Positions 44,101 to 56,228 of a stretch of DNA of 64,000 nt are shown piece by piece. The notes beneath the pieces were generated by a model. It was not told the DNA's origin, ran no database searches, and was given only the letters and a program-made list of their open reading frames with translations. Both the position numbers and the translations under genes were made by a program. Source of the DNA: Felis catus (taxonomy: Eukaryota). The number at the start of each line of letters is the position of its first letter. Within the stretch, counting starts at the first letter, position 1. The stretch lies in the NCBI RefSeq assembly GCF_018350175.1, contig NC_058368.1, positions 117,368,001 to 117,432,000 on the forward strand. Reading direction: 5' to 3'.

Positions 44101-47100
44101 TTTCTTACTTAAGTGAGAAACACTTACTTAAATTGCTTACTTAAGCAATTAGATAAGAACCCCCACAAACTCCCAGTGCCTCATCTACCCAATTTCACAC
44201 ATTTTTTACATTCCTTCTGCTGCTGTCATAAACATCCCTGTCTGAAACCAGTCCCTCCTCTGTGCACCATCCTCTCACCTACACAAGGATGTTGCTCCAG
44301 ACTGTCTCCCCTTCCTCTCCCCGACAGCAACGAATTCTCCCTCTCTACCACGTCCCTGCAATCCATCTATAAACATATATAACACTGCCTCCTACAAAAA
44401 ACATTTCTTAACTCCACTTCCACTGTAACAACCACTCAACCCTGTGCTCTTCTTTGCAGAAAAATTTAAAAATGTCATCTGTACCTTCCAACTCCTTCCG
44501 TTATCTCTTGAGACCATTTTGATCTGGCTTTCACCTTTACCTCTTGTCAAGGTCCCCAGTGACCTCCATGTTGCCAATTCCAGAAGCCAATTCTCAGTCC
44601 TTGTCTTTCTTGACCTCCTGGCAGCATTTGAACTGTTGACCTCCCCCTCCTCCTGTCTTCACTTGGCTCCTATGACGTCACACTCTTCCGGTTTTCCTTC
44701 TCCTTTACTACTCATTTCTTTCTAGTCTGTTTTGCTGGTTATTCCTCTTCTCCCAAACCTCTTGATATTGGGGTATGTCAGGACTCTGATCTTGGTCCTC
44801 TGCTCTATCGACACTCACTCACAGCTATATACACCCATGTAGATGCTGTAAACTCACAAATTTAGATCTCCAGCTCAGACCTCTCCCCCAAACTCCAGAC
44901 TTGTATATTCAATGGTCTATTTGTCATCTCTTCTTGGGCTTATAATATATACCTCAAATTCAGCACATCCAAAATGGAGCTCCCGATCTCCCCACCACCC
45001 CCTGCTTTGTGCAGTTTCCCCATGTCAGATCAGAGCAACTCCAGGAACTTTCAGTTGCTCAAACAGCACTGTCCAACAGAGGTCACTGTGCAAACCACAT
45101 ATGTAATTTTCAATTTTCTAGTAGCCACATTAAAAAATAAAAAGAGGGGCGCCTGGGTGGCGCAGTCGGTTAAGCATCCGACTTCAGCCAGGTCACGATC
45201 TCGCGGTCCGTGAGTTCGAGCCCCGTGTCAGGCTCTGGGCTGATGGCTCGGAGCCTGGAGCCTGTTTCCGATTCTGTGTCTCCCTCTCTCTCTGCCCCTC
45301 CCCCGTTCATGCTCTGTCTCTCTCTGTCCCAAAAATAAAATAAAAACATTGAAAAAAAAATTTAAAAAAAAATAAAAAGAAACAAGTAAAACTAATTATA
45401 TTTTATTTAATCCCACATACCCAACATATTAACATTTTACTATGTCATCCATATAAAAAGTAAGATAATTTATGTCTACTTCTGTCATATTCATCCAGTA
45501 CTGATTTTTTTTTCATGATTTTTTTTTCTTTCAAATTTGGTAGTTTTATAGTTACAGCACATCTTACTCCAGACTAGCCACATTTCATGTGTTCAGTAAG
45601 CACATGTGGCTAGTGGCTACCACACTGGACAGTGCAGCTCAGACTAAAATCTTTGAGGTCATTCTTGACTGCTCTTTTCTCTCACACCCCAAGTGTCAAT
45701 GTCTCTCACATGACAGTTTGCCTTCAAAATATAACCCATATCCAACCACTTCTTGCCATCTCCACTACCATGACCTAGTCTGAGATGTCTCATCTAGATT
45801 ACTGCAATAACCTCATATCTGGTCTCTCTACTTCTGCTTTTGCTCCTACTGACCATTCCCAACACAGCAACCAGAGGGATTCTTAAAAATGTATTCAAAA
45901 CCCTTCCAGTGGCTTCCCACTTCACTTAGAGTCAAAGCGAAAGTCCCCACAAGGTCCTACCTGATCTGACTCTTTTTACCTCTCTGACATCATTTCCTCC
46001 CACTCTTCCTGCCCTGGCCACTATACCCCAGCCCCACTGGCCTTGTCACCACTCCTGGGTTTACCTGGAAGCCTCTATTCTAGCCACTCCCCCTGCCTGG
46101 GACACTTATCCCAGACACTGTCATGATTAACTCTCTCACACCCTTCATTTTGCTCAAGTGTCATTTGAAAACACTCTGGCAACTCTTAATGAAAAATTAT
46201 AGCCCACTTCCCCTCACTCCATCCCAGCCTTCTTACCCTGCTCTTTTTTTCCCCATGGTGTTTAATACCTTTTAACATATGATGTAACTTATTTATTACA
46301 CTTATTTTTATTTGACTCCCCACACGGACAAGGATTTCTGATCTATCCCAAATACCTACAACATCTGGGATGCAGTAGATGCTCAATAAAGATTTGTTAA
46401 ATGAAAGCAAGAAAAGCATTTCTCCGTATTGTAAATTATATATCCATCTGTTTGTCTACTTGTTTCAGTTCCTGTCTGCCCTTGAGTCACAAGAGGCTCA
46501 AGGGGGGTACTGGGTCTGCCATAGTCCTTCTATATCTTGAGTACCTGGCTGGCACGCAGTGGACACTCAATACACACGTGACGAATAACTGGATCCATGG
46601 CCACCACCAGACTGCTCCTGAAGCTTCTCTCTTCCTGCCATCACCACCCTACTGACTACTCACCTGTGTTCAACCCGGTCCTGACAGACACCTCTGCCTT
46701 CTCTTCTGTCAGGTGGCCCTGGGACCCCCACGGGCTGGACACCATAGTACAGGCAGCCAGGGTCCATGATATGTACTGGCAGGGGGAGTAATGGGAGCGA
46801 CAAGGAAGAGGAGGTCAGGTGGGAATGTCTGGGTCCTGAAGGGACCTGTCTCTCTCCCCCCAACCCATGATAACCCACCTACCTGTGCCTGTTGTGGGCC
46901 TGAGGGCAGGGGTGGGGGCAGCTGCCTGGGAGCTGTCTGGGGTCCTGAGGGAAAAGGTCTAGTGATCATTAAGGAAGAGAGGAGAGAGGAGAAACCCTCA
47001 TGTCCTGCACCTTCTTGCCCCCACCCAGCACTGGATCCCAAGGAAGCCAGCCGCACTCACATGTCCTGGGCTGTCTGTGCCCCGCCTCTTAAGTCCAGGC

Positions 47101-47584
47101 CAAAGTAGATGGCATTTGGCATCATTTCCACAGTATTCAAGGCTGAAGTCTGCTCAGAGGAGGAGGTGGGGAGAGGAGGGGAACTTGGGCTGGACTCCGG
47201 GCTCCTGGACACTTCTGGTTTCCAGAGGGTTGGGCTCACTCCAGGTCTTTGGGTGGTGGTGGGGCCACTGAGTCCACCAAATACTGTCCTGGGCTTAGGC
47301 ACAGGCTTGGGGGGCTGGGCTTGGGGGGCTAGGCTGGGGGATGGCTCCATGGCACTGTCCAACTGGGAATCCAGGGAGCCCTCTGCAGCACCTGCCTGCA
47401 GCAGGCGCAGAATGCGTTTCCGGTGACCTGTGGCGCTGACACCCAACTGCCTCAGCTCCTCGTGGCCCAGGCCCCGGGCTGCACCCGCTGTAGCCAGGCC
47501 ATGCCTTCGGAACGTGTCTGCATACTGCTCCAGATGCACCGTGGCCAGCCACACAGCGATGTCCAGGTCCTGAGGGGCAGCCAT
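25294..47584 (-). CDS. ARAP3: ArfGAP with RhoGAP domain, ankyrin repeat and PH domain 3 (SAM, PH, ArfGAP, RhoGAP, RA), 1544 aa
   Basis: Coding exons (minus): 47061-47584, 46883-46944, 46664-46775, 42395-42595, 42166-42235, 41773-41893, 41494-41678, 41298-41404, 40607-40806, 40423-40508, 40098-40280, 39805-39940, 39124-39240, 38538-38685, 38308-38410, 36034-36253, 35267-35330, 34854-35017, 32527-32739, 32138-32243, 31009-31156, 30640-30708, 29662-29736, 29449-29563, 27673-27801, 27454-27587, 27157-27239, 27025-27060, 26837-26900, 26601-26738, 26356-26394, 25294-25776. Total 4635 nt. Motifs: SAM domain (MAAPQDLDIAVWLATVHLEQY), ArfGAP zinc finger CADC-x16-CKQC..HR, RhoGAP arginine finger GIYRKGG. 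Confidence 0.97.
26160..26253. repeat. Compound (CT)n(CA)n microsatellite in the last ARAP3 intron
   Basis: Directly visible. Confidence 0.95.
28140..28340 (-). mobile_element. Feline Can-SINE
   Basis: Reverse-complement SINE body (GAGACACAGAATCTGAAGCAGG..GGGGCTCGAACTCATGAAC). Confidence 0.9.
28350..29400 (-). mobile_element. L2 remnant
   Basis: Purine-rich antisense L2-like text (GTCTGGAGCTCAGAGGAAAGATCTGGGCCAGAAATAAAAATTTGGG). Confidence 0.65.
30050..30243 (-). mobile_element. Feline Can-SINE
   Basis: T-tail, GAGA tract, ending ACTGAGCCACCCAGGTGCCC. Confidence 0.9.
31375..31597. mobile_element. hAT-Charlie MITE, MER58-like
   Basis: TGTAAAGGGACAGACAGTAAATATTTTAGGCTTGCAGGCC...GGCCCATGGGCCATAGTTGGCCCATCCCTG resembles MER58A. 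Confidence 0.7.
32044..32073. repeat. (GAAT)n microsatellite
   Basis: Directly visible. A second (GAAT)n lies at about 24696-24730. Confidence 0.9.
33015..33628. mobile_element. TcMar-Tigger non-autonomous element, MER82-like
   Basis: TIRs CAGTCAATCCTCACTATTC and GAATAATGAGAACTGACTG with TA on both sides, 614 bp. Confidence 0.75.
34063..34268 (+). mobile_element. Feline Can-SINE
   Basis: Full head and poly-A tail, perfect 17-bp TSD AAGAGTCCTGCCTTCTA (34046-34062, 34269-34285). Confidence 0.95.
35107..35125 (+). promoter_or_regulatory. CTCF-like motif in an ARAP3 intron
   Basis: CACCAGCAGGGGGCAGCA closely matches the CTCF core. Confidence 0.6.
36854..37084 (+). mobile_element. Young feline Can-SINE (SINEC_Fc-like)
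   Basis: CpG-rich intact head GGGGCGCCTGGGTGGCGCAGTCGGTTAAGCGTCCGAC, TSD AAAAAGTAGATTCTA (36839-36853, 37085-37099). Confidence 0.95.
37612..37806 (-). mobile_element. Can-SINE
   Basis: Antisense SINE with TSD AGGGCCCGAACTTTT. Confidence 0.9.
38505..38544. repeat. 20-bp tandem duplication spanning an ARAP3 splice donor
   Basis: GGGGTGTAGTTACCTGTCAA followed by GGGGTGTGGTTACCTGTCAA (1 mismatch). Confidence 0.95.
41036..41252 (+). mobile_element. Can-SINE with expanded (CT)n
   Basis: SINE head, (CT)n and poly-A, TSD AAAAGTCTCTCCCCCA. Located about 45 nt from an ARAP3 donor. Confidence 0.9.
43056..43361 (+). mobile_element. 5'-truncated Can-SINE plus full Can-SINE in its tail
   Basis: Two (CT)n-AAAATAAA tails under a shared TSD AATGCAAATGA (43045-43055, 43362-43372). 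Confidence 0.85.
43833..44042 (+). mobile_element. Can-SINE inserted in a MER5-like hAT MITE (about 43695-44087)
   Basis: TSD AAAAGTTCCCCAG. The flanks end in GGTTGAAAACCATTACT, typical of MER5. Confidence 0.8.
44200..46402 (+). mobile_element. Long L2 remnant (interrupted)
   Basis: L2-like text (GTCCCCAGTGACCTCCATGTTGCCAATTCC...; GTAGATGCTCAATAAAGATTTGTTAAATG). Confidence 0.7.
45146..45366 (+). mobile_element. Young feline Can-SINE inserted in a MER33-like hAT element (about 45064-45637)
   Basis: Nearly identical to the 36854 copy, TSD AAAAAATAAAAAGA. Host ends CAGCACTGTCCAA ... CTGGACAGTGCA. Confidence 0.9.
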
Positions 47585-48879
47585 GGGGGCTCAGGCCATT
47601 GCTGGGGGGAGCGGCAGGGTGAAGGAAGGGCTCAGGCTGAGATTCCCCCTCCCTGTCCCAAAGTCTGAGGCCTGGACAGGGGGTAGGCACCAGACTTGTC
47701 TTCCTCCAAAGAAAAGTGACCAGTGGCCGGCAATCTGGAGGAAGAGCCGTCCCAGAACATCAGAAAGGGCTTTCTTATTATAGAGGAATCTCTTCATTTG
47801 CAGATGAGGACACTGAGGCTCAGAGAAGGGAAGAGGCTTGCCCCAGGCTCACAACAAATTGGTGGAAGTGTTGGCCCCCATGCTCCTGACCACCCTAGGT
47901 CTGGATCAAAGCTCTGCCTCTGCTTTATTGCATTCAACCAAGTCAGCATGGGACAAGATGACAGAAGCCTGCGGGGGCAGGATGGAATGGGATGGTGGGA
48001 AGAGGGGCCTCATGATGTGGCCTAAGGTGGGTACAGGGGCAGCTGTGGCACAAGAGGAGGGAAGAGGTGGAGATTCCACCCCCCTGGTTTTCAGAACTGA
48101 GGTACAAGCTCGGCCATCCTAATCCTGGTCATTCCCAGTTCCTCCTCCCCTTCCACCTATTGTCTCTGTTCAGACTTCCTTCCTGTCCCTCCAGCCCTGG
48201 CCGCCCCCACATCCTGTCTGCCTTGGTCAGGCTGCCCAGAGAGCCCTAACTAGTTTCAGCAAGTGGGGTCCTGGCCGTGGAAACAGGCCGCCTGGGGAAT
48301 GGGGATAGGGTGGAGAATTGGGCTGGAAAGAGGAGGGCCCAGAGGCCAGGGGTACTCCAGGGTCTTCACTCTCCACCAACCTGAAGCATGTTCACACACA
48401 TGCATGCACACGTGAGCACCCTCCCTATAGCGACCCAAGAGTGTGAAATGACATCCCCCTACCTCTGCTTTCTCCAAATCTTCTTCCTCTGAGCTTTCCC
48501 TTTCCCTTTCCCATGCCTTTGGGCTCCAGTCTTTGAGGCTCTGTCCCGTTCTGCCATCCTGACCCTGACCCTGGTCTATTCTCTGGACCTGTCTCAGATT
48601 TTGTCTCCCTGGAGTTTTCTCTCTGCTTGTCCCTTTCTCTACCCCACTCTATCGGTCACTGCCTCTATCTAAATCCATCTTTGTTCCCCTCCCTCTTTTG
48701 CTCTGTCATTAAGCCTCTCCTTGCCTGAGTCTCCAATTTTAACTAGACCTTTAGGTGTATGTGACTCCAGATTTCTGTCTCTCTGCCTCTGCCTGTTAGG
48801 TTCTCACACACTTTCTCCCCATGGGGTCCTGACCAGGACTCCCTCTCGCCCCAGCATCAGTTCTGGCCTTTCTGCTTCT

Positions 48880-49760
48880 CCGCAGCTGGGCCCCCGTACC
48901 CAAGCTAGTTAGGGCCTGACTCAGAGCCCAGTTTCCCAGTGACTCAGATCCAGCCCGAGGGCACGGGACTGAGAACCCGGAGGTGCGCGGGGCAGGAGTG
49001 CCGGGGGCGGGCCGGGCAGCGCGGGGCAGCGCGGGCTGCGACGAAGGAGGGGGTTGAGGAGGGAGGGGGCAGAGGCCGGGCCACCGGAGGGAGGGGCGAG
49101 TCACGGCGGGGAGGGGGGCGGGGGAGGGCCGCCGGCGCGGACGGGGCCCTCGAGGAGGGGACGGGGAGGAGTCTGGGAAGCAGGGGCCCGTGGGCGCGGG
49201 GGTCCTCACCTCACTACGCGGTCGCCGTCCGCTCCCGGTGCCCGCCGCGCCGTCCGAGGCTCGGGTCGCGCAGCGCGGGCCCCGCCTCCCCTCAGCCCTC
49301 CCCCGACGGGCCCGGCCCCGCCCCGCCCCGCTGGCCGGTTCCCTCCGCTGGGCCCCGCCACTCCTTGTGCAAGCGCCGGCCTTCAAAAGGTTTGGGCTCC
49401 TTACCTAACCGCTGCGCTTATCTCGGGGCCTGGCCAACTCTGTCTTCCTAGGGGCCGAGAAAGGGACCGGAACAGGAGCGGGAGGTCAAGACTGCTTTAG
49501 AGAGAGGGACAAAGGGGTAAAGACCAGAATGGAGATGTGACAGAGGTAGAACCAGAGCGAAAAGGAGAGCGGCCTGGAGCACGGCTTCGCATCCCTTCTG
49601 CTGTTCCCTCCCCATCGTTCCAAAAGAGGAGGGAAAGAGGTGGGCCCTAAGCCCCCAGGGTGGCAGCCCCTGTCCCATGCCCAGCACCGTGGCTGGACCC
49701 TGGCACCCAGTTAGCGAGTGAAGGGAGGCTGGCATCCGGAAGTCACAGATAGCCACGGCC
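48880..49760 (-). promoter_or_regulatory. CpG island promoter of ARAP3
   Basis: Very GC/CpG-rich, tandem CCCCGCCCCGCCCCG GC boxes near 49316-49330, CCGGAAGT at about 49736. Confidence 0.85.
49210..49300 (-). other. ARAP3: ARAP3 non-coding first exon (5' boundary approximate)
   Basis: Donor GAG|GTGAGG at 49210/49209 lies within a CpG island. The first coding exon has a CAG acceptor ending 17 nt before the ATG (exon edge 47601), so an upstream exon is needed. Confidence 0.7.
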
Positions 49761-50599
49761 TTCCAAGCTGGGGACCCCTTCAGTAGCCCAGAGGTTTGAC
49801 GTGAGGGAATAGGGGCCGATGCCTAGCAGAGGAGTCCCCATCTGCTTCTAACTCCCCAAGAGCCAGGCCTAGGTTTCTTCCCAGAGGTGAAGGTCAGCAA
49901 GGCAACATTCCTACTCCCATACCCCCCAACCCGGGTCTTGGGGCTGCCTTTTAGGGGATAAGCCTGGCGCCCTGCAAGCTCAGTGACCCAGCAAGAAGTC
50001 TTTTCTTGTTTAGGAGAAGCCCCTTCTCTTCATCCTCGTACTCCATTTTTTTTTTTTTTTGGTGAGGTGGGGGGCGGAGGTAGGGGAATGGGGGTGTTAC
50101 CTGAGGAGAAATGGCTCCTCTCCTTTTTCCCAATCTTGCCTGGAGCCCTAGCCTTGAAGCCTGTCCCCCAGAGCCTGAGGCACTTCCCCCTCAGAGTTGG
50201 GCTGGTGTTTAGCTATGTGTGGTGTTGTTGTTGGGGGGGGGGGGGGACACCACTGGCTCGCTGTGTTTTCCTGTTTGTATGAGAGGAAGTTGGCTGTGAG
50301 TCAGCAGACAAAGAAACTGTCAGTAACTAGGGGAAGACCCCTGCCTCAGCAGAAGGTGAGGGGAGTGTGAAGTGGTCCCCACCTCTCCCAACTGCCCCAG
50401 CTTGGAGAGGATTGCTACCTTCAGCCTCCTGGAGCTCTTCTCTCTGAGAAAGAGAATGATAATAATAATTAATTATTAAAATGACCATAGTAATGGCTGC
50501 CACTTACTGAGAGCCGACTCTGTCCCGGGCCCTGTGCAAATATTGCTTTGCAAGTTTCCATTAATCCTCACAACAACTCTTAAGATAGGGGATTTTATC

Positions 50600-50990
50600 A
50601 CCTCCATTTTACAGATTAGGAGACATTTCTCTGGATGGGCAACTGTGGGGCCAGGAGAATGCTCTTCATGGATCTCCAACTACAAAGACTGAAAATTTAC
50701 CAAAGGCCTTAGCTGCTGCCTTCTGAAATCCGTCAACTCGCAGTTTAAGGCCAGCTTCCCATGGGGTTGCTCCCATCCAATGACCAAACTCAGCAGAGAT
50801 CCTAAGGTAGGCCCATTCCTGGATAATAAGGGGATTCCTGTGACAGCTGACCTTGACTCAAGAGTTATCCCTGTGCCCTTGATGAACTTTCCTTCTATTG
50901 CTTAGTGGTATAAGATATTTTCTCCCAACCTCCCTTCCTTGCCTCTCTCCTTCATTCCTCTCTCAGCTCCTGGCTGCCTTCCTCTTCCAC
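50600..50990 (+). mobile_element. ERVL solo LTR, LTR16-like
   Basis: TGCTCCCATCCAATGACC...CTAAGGTAGGCCCATTCCTGG resembles the LTR16 core. Confidence 0.55.
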
Positions 50991-51079
50991 ATTTCCCAGT
51001 AACCCAGCAAGAAAAGGGAATTGAGTAAATAACTATAGGGCACAGGGAATCTAGAGAGATAATTTGGAGGGGCCAGATG

Positions 51080-51535
51080 CAAGAGTTCTGAACGTTTTTT
51101 GTGTCAAGTTCCCCTTTGGCAGTCTGGCAAAACCTATGTAACCATTCTCAGCATAATGTTTTAAAATGCATAAAATGAAATATGTAGGATTACAAAGGAA
51201 ACCAATTATATTGTAATACAGTTTTTAAACTATTTTAATGTGATATAGTAATATATGTGCTTCTTTATTAATGCTTTAAATAAGATCTAGCAGTAGGTTG
51301 ATACCTCACATAATTTTGAAGCAGTGAAGAGCATGAATGATATTTCAAAATATCTACGATACTGTAATATGATACAAAAATATAAGTGATTTTTATTGGT
51401 GACAAAGCCATTGTTATGGCTAATGTGACTGGTTTGTTGCTACTATCATAATGGAAGGAAATGCTAAATTTCAGCTAGAGATTAGTGAAAATAATATAAT
51501 ATTTTTTCCCGTCTAAGTTTAGTGACTCCACACTG
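51080..51535. mobile_element. hAT-Charlie element, Charlie4-like
   Basis: CCCCTTTGGCAGTCTGG...GGATTACAAAGGAAACCAATTATATTG, AT-rich body. Confidence 0.6.
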
Positions 51536-52139
51536 AGGACACCTGAGTAAGAGGGTCAGGGCAGAGCTGCAGAAAGGAAGACCCAGCTCTCTCCCCAGAC
51601 CCTATGTCCCCTGTCTGGTTCAGCCATTTGGTGGTGGGTGAAGACTCTTGTCCCTGAGTTGTATCTTCCTTCTCTCTTTCTCCCTGGCTCTCTCAGTTTC
51701 TCTTTTTCTCTGTCTCTCTCTGCCACACACCTCCCATATCTGTTTCTCTGTTTCTCTTATTTCTCTTTTATTCTTTGTCTTTCTGTCTTCTTGTGAATAC
51801 AGTTCCGTCTTTCTTCATTCAGAATCTTCTTTGTGGTTTTTCTGTGTGTCTGCCTCTCTTTCTGCCCCACCTCTCTCTCTCCCTTTGTCTGTGTTTGTGT
51901 TTCTCTCTTTGACGCCATAATTCGTCACTGAGCGGACAGGGCAGATTCAAAGATTTCTGTAACCTGAGCCCAGTGAGGCAAAGAGAATTCTAATTCTAGG
52001 GTCATTGAGAGCTACAAGAGGGAGTACCCCTGGGCTTATAACTCTAGCCAGGGAGGCACAGGGGTTCCTTCCCCACTCTCTCTTCCATTTTCAACCTTCT
52101 TCTTTTTCTTCTTCTTTTTTTTCTAGAGAGACTTTCTTT

Positions 52140-52356
52140 CTTTCTTTTTTTTTTAATGTTTATTTATTTTTGAGAGAGACAGAGACAGAGCGTGACTGGG
52201 GGAGGGGCAGAGAGAGAGGGAGACACAGAATCTGAAGCAGGCTCCAGGCTCTGAGCTGTCAGCACAGAGGCAGATGCTGGGCTCAGACTCACAAATTGTG
52301 AGATCATACCTGAGCTGAAGTCGGACGCTTAACCGACTAAACCACCCAGGCACCCC
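52140..52356 (-). mobile_element. Feline Can-SINE
   Basis: Full-length antisense copy ending AACCACCCAGGCACCCC. Confidence 0.9.
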
Positions 52357-55300
52357 ATATTCTCAATCTTCTTAAGGACAGAAACAGGTCAAGACAGAGA
52401 TGAGTAAAAATGAAGGTAGTGAATGGAAACATTCCAAGCTCTGGAAGATAAGGGCTGAAACCTTTGTGATCCTGAACTTGGATACAGTGGATCTTTCTCC
52501 ACACTGCCAACAATCCAGATGTTGAGGCTGCCTTCTGCCCTCCTCATGCCTGGGGAGAGAAGGGGAGAGTACTGACCAGGTCTGGTGTGCAGGCACGTGG
52601 ATTCAGAGGTTGAGCCTGCAGCAGATGTCTGCCCTGGCCCCCGGGTGGATGGGCAGAAGGGGGCTCAGTGGGCTCAAGGATGGGGAGCACAGAGTTCTGG
52701 GATTGATCTTTTCTCTGAATATTTAAGAGTGGGGTAGAGCAGCCAAGTCATCTGTTCCCCTAGGGGGTGTATGCCTCCCAAGATGATTTAGACGAGGGGA
52801 GGGCTATTGGTCTGAGAAAATGGGGACAGAGAGTAGTCACAGAAGACACCCTAGGGAAAAAGGGTGAGGCGAATGGTAGTGTGGAAAGTGAACTAGTTCT
52901 TAGGAGTGAGATGGAGACTGCGTGGGTGGCTAGTGTCCCCTGGAGGGGCTGCTTCTCTGGGAGGCTATTGTGGGTCCCTGCTCTTTAGCCAGACCTCTTT
53001 TATCCTCACTATTCAAGAGGTTTGCCTACAGCGAGATGAGCCATACCAGGCTGAGCTAGGGAACTCACTTTCCTCCAAGGGCTTCCATGGCTGGGGATCT
53101 GGGCTGAGCTGCCATTCCCTTTTGGGGTACTGCCTGTGACTCCTTCAGGTCCTGGTGGGCTCAGGGTAATAGGAAAGGACTCTCTCCAGACTTTAACCCT
53201 GAAGTCCTACCAGTTCACCCAGGCAAGAGAGGCCCCATTATTGACCATCACCATCTGATCTGCCTGCTCTGGTTTAACCCAAATGACAATGGCAGGGCTC
53301 ATTGTGACCCAATATATACATGGAACCACAGTTTAAAAATAAAGTATATGCCAGAAACCAAAAAGAATGAGCAGGTTTTCCGATGTTTCATCTCTCAAAA
53401 GATCTTACAACCTACAATAACCCTTCTGTGTTGGTCACAAACCTCACTTGTCTGGGCTTCTCCCTCATCTATACCCCATCTCCTCAAAGTCCTCCCCTTG
53501 GCCAGTACAGGCTTTCTCTTGCTCTTGCTCTTTATTGTGTGGTTTGATTCAGCCTCTCTAGCATTTTTCAGGGAAGGAGTAAGAATAAATGTGACTAACA
53601 TGTGGGGCAAAAGGTGTACCGGTGAGCAGAGGAAGGACAGAACCAAGCAGTGGGGATTGCGGAAGGAATATTCCACTACCCTTTCCATGTCTCTCTTTGC
53701 TCTTCCACCTTCCCACCCAAATCATAGACCACTGCAACCACAATCACTTAGGGAGCCATTTTGTTCACCAGAAGGGGATGGTATGAGGCAGGAAGTAAGA
53801 GCCGTCTCCAAAGTACAATCTTGATCCACCTTTACCTGCTATGTGACCTGAGCAAGTTACTTAGTCTCTCTGTGCCTTGGTTTCCTTTTCTGCAAGGAAA
53901 AGAGATGGTAATAGGGCCTACTTTACAGGGTTGTCATAAAGATTCATCTATGGGAATACTTGGGTATGTGGAAAGAGCTTGATGCCCTGTAAGTGCTCAA
54001 TAAATGTTTCCCCTTCCTTGTTTCGATTTTTGCCAGTCACTTCCACAGTGACTCTGGATTCAAACCAGCTTACCTGTTATGCCCTCACTCTGGTACATCC
54101 AGGGTCTTGTTTTATTCAGTCATCTCATGGCATCCTATTGCCAGATTAGACCACGTTGCTCTCATTGTGTTTCCACCATCTCCCGGTTGTCATCTTGTGG
54201 GTTCCACCACTTCTGTTACTCCTCATCCGATATCCTGGCACTCCTGCTCTCCTGATCACCTCTGCTGTCTCCAGGGGCCTCCTGGGCACATTTCTTCCCC
54301 TGCTTTCCCTCTCTGGGTGGGTAGAGGGCACATGCACCACCCACACTGTGTCCTAATGAGATGGGCCAGTTGGAGTGGACATGGACTTTGAAGAGCATGT
54401 TTCTTGCAGGAAGGAAAATTCCATTCAATCATTTCATTTATTTCTCATATTTTTATTGAGCACCTCTTCTGGGACAACCACTGCTCAAGGGTTTAGAGAT
54501 ATAACAATAAGCAAAAACAGACTATGGAGAGCTTGGTCTGCTAGGGGAATGAGACATTTACCAAAGAACCCCCAAATAAATGTGTAGAGTAATTACAAGC
54601 CAAAACAAGTGTTCCAAAGGGAAGCAGTATAAGAATATATAACAGAGGAAGCTGACCTGGCCTGGGGGTTCTGGGAAGGCTTCTCCCAGAAGCTGTGCTT
54701 AGGCTGAGATCAGAAAGATGGGTAGGAGTTCCTTAGGGCTGGGAGGGAGAGTATCCTAGGCCAAGGAACCACAAGAGCAAAAGTCCTGAGGTGGGAGCAA
54801 ATCTAGTAATAGAGACAGAGCAAAGAGATGGGAGTTTGGGGCCAGCTGAGATTGAGGGGCCTAGGGGCCAGGCCATATAGACCCTTGTCCTTGGTTGGGA
54901 TTTGGTCTCCGTTCCAAGAAGAGTACAAGCATGGGGTTATAGGTTCAGACTTGGATTTTAGGAAGATGGCTGCATGGAGCATGGTTAGGATCAGTACAGC
55001 TCTCCCCACCCCCTAATTTCTTTGGCTTGGGGACTGTGCCATCTTCCCCACCCACAATCCCCCCCTTTAGCTTCCCTCCATGAAACCCCTCCCATTGCCC
55101 TTCTCACATTTTTGTGAGGATGAGGTCATCATGGGGGAGGGGAAGTATTTCCAGAACTCTAAGCCTCCTTTATCCTGAAGGGCTGGGGCAGCCCTGGGAG
55201 TGGGGTGGGAGGAACAAACACAGCTTACCTCCCTTCCCCCCATCTAGAGCCCCAACTAACACCCTGTCTCCTTCCATCCCAGGCTGTTGTGGAACACTGA

Positions 55301-55444
55301 GCTGTATGTATAAGAAGATATTTTTATGCAGTTTTATATTTTATGAAGGGCATTTATGATTCTTGCCACTATCACTGACTCCCCTTGGGGCCTTGGGCAG
55401 ATTACCTCCACTTTAGGTCTCAGTTTACCTGTGCAAGGTTAATG

Positions 55445-55700
55445 GAAAGCAATCTAATGTTCAGCGTGGTGACTGTAGTTAACATTACTGTATTATATAC
55501 TTGGAATTTGTAAGAGAGTAGATCTTAAATGTTCTCACCACACACATACACAGACTGGTAACTCTGTGAGGTGATTGATGTGTTAACTAACTTTGTTGTG
55601 GTATTTGTTTCACAATATACATATAAGTCAAATCATCAAGTTGTATACTTTAAATTCATGCAATTTACTTATCAGTTATACCTCAATAAAGTGAAAACAA
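55445..55700 (+). mobile_element. L1MA-type 3' end
   Basis: AGAGAGTAGATCTTAAATGTTCTCACCAC...TATACCTCAATAAAG. Confidence 0.75.
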
Positions 55701-55716
55701 TGTTTAATTCGTAGGC

Positions 55717-55957
55717 AGCACTGTCCAACAGAACTTACTTACAGATGCACGTGTTCTGTATCTATGCTGTCCAACATGGTAGCCGCTAGCTACATATGGT
55801 CATTAAGACATTGAATTGTGGCTTTGAAAGGTGAGCTAGAAGAGCTGAATTATTTTATTTTTTTAAATTTTATTTTATTTAATTTTGTTTTTATTTTATT
55901 TTTAATGTACACTTAAATAGCCACATGTAGCTAGTGGCTACCATACTGGACAGCACA
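55717..55957. mobile_element. hAT-Charlie MITE, MER3-like
   Basis: CAGCACTGTCCAACAGAAC...GCTAGTGGCTACCATACTGGACAGCAC. Confidence 0.7.
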
Positions 55958-56228
55958 GGCAGATCTTAAACTTTTATGAGAATTTGACAGTTATAGACTC
56001 CATCTTAGAAAAATATCCACACACTCTATCATAGGTGGGCCCCTCCAGTCCCATTTGTGTATCCCAGGCAAGCAGAGCCAACTGCCTGGGGCTCAGGTTC
56101 CTCATCTACTCTGCCCCTCTTTCTGCCTTTGCCTGGAAGTAGAATGACTGGGATGACTCCAGGAACAAGCAGACCACAGTTTTATACCAAGATTTCTGTC
56201 CCCAGCCTGGTGCACTCCCCACACATCT

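Noticed and set aside
48796..49500. Several 150-200 aa overlapping ORFs
   Set aside because: Stop-codon depletion in the GC-rich ARAP3 CpG island, with Arg/Pro/Gly-rich products.
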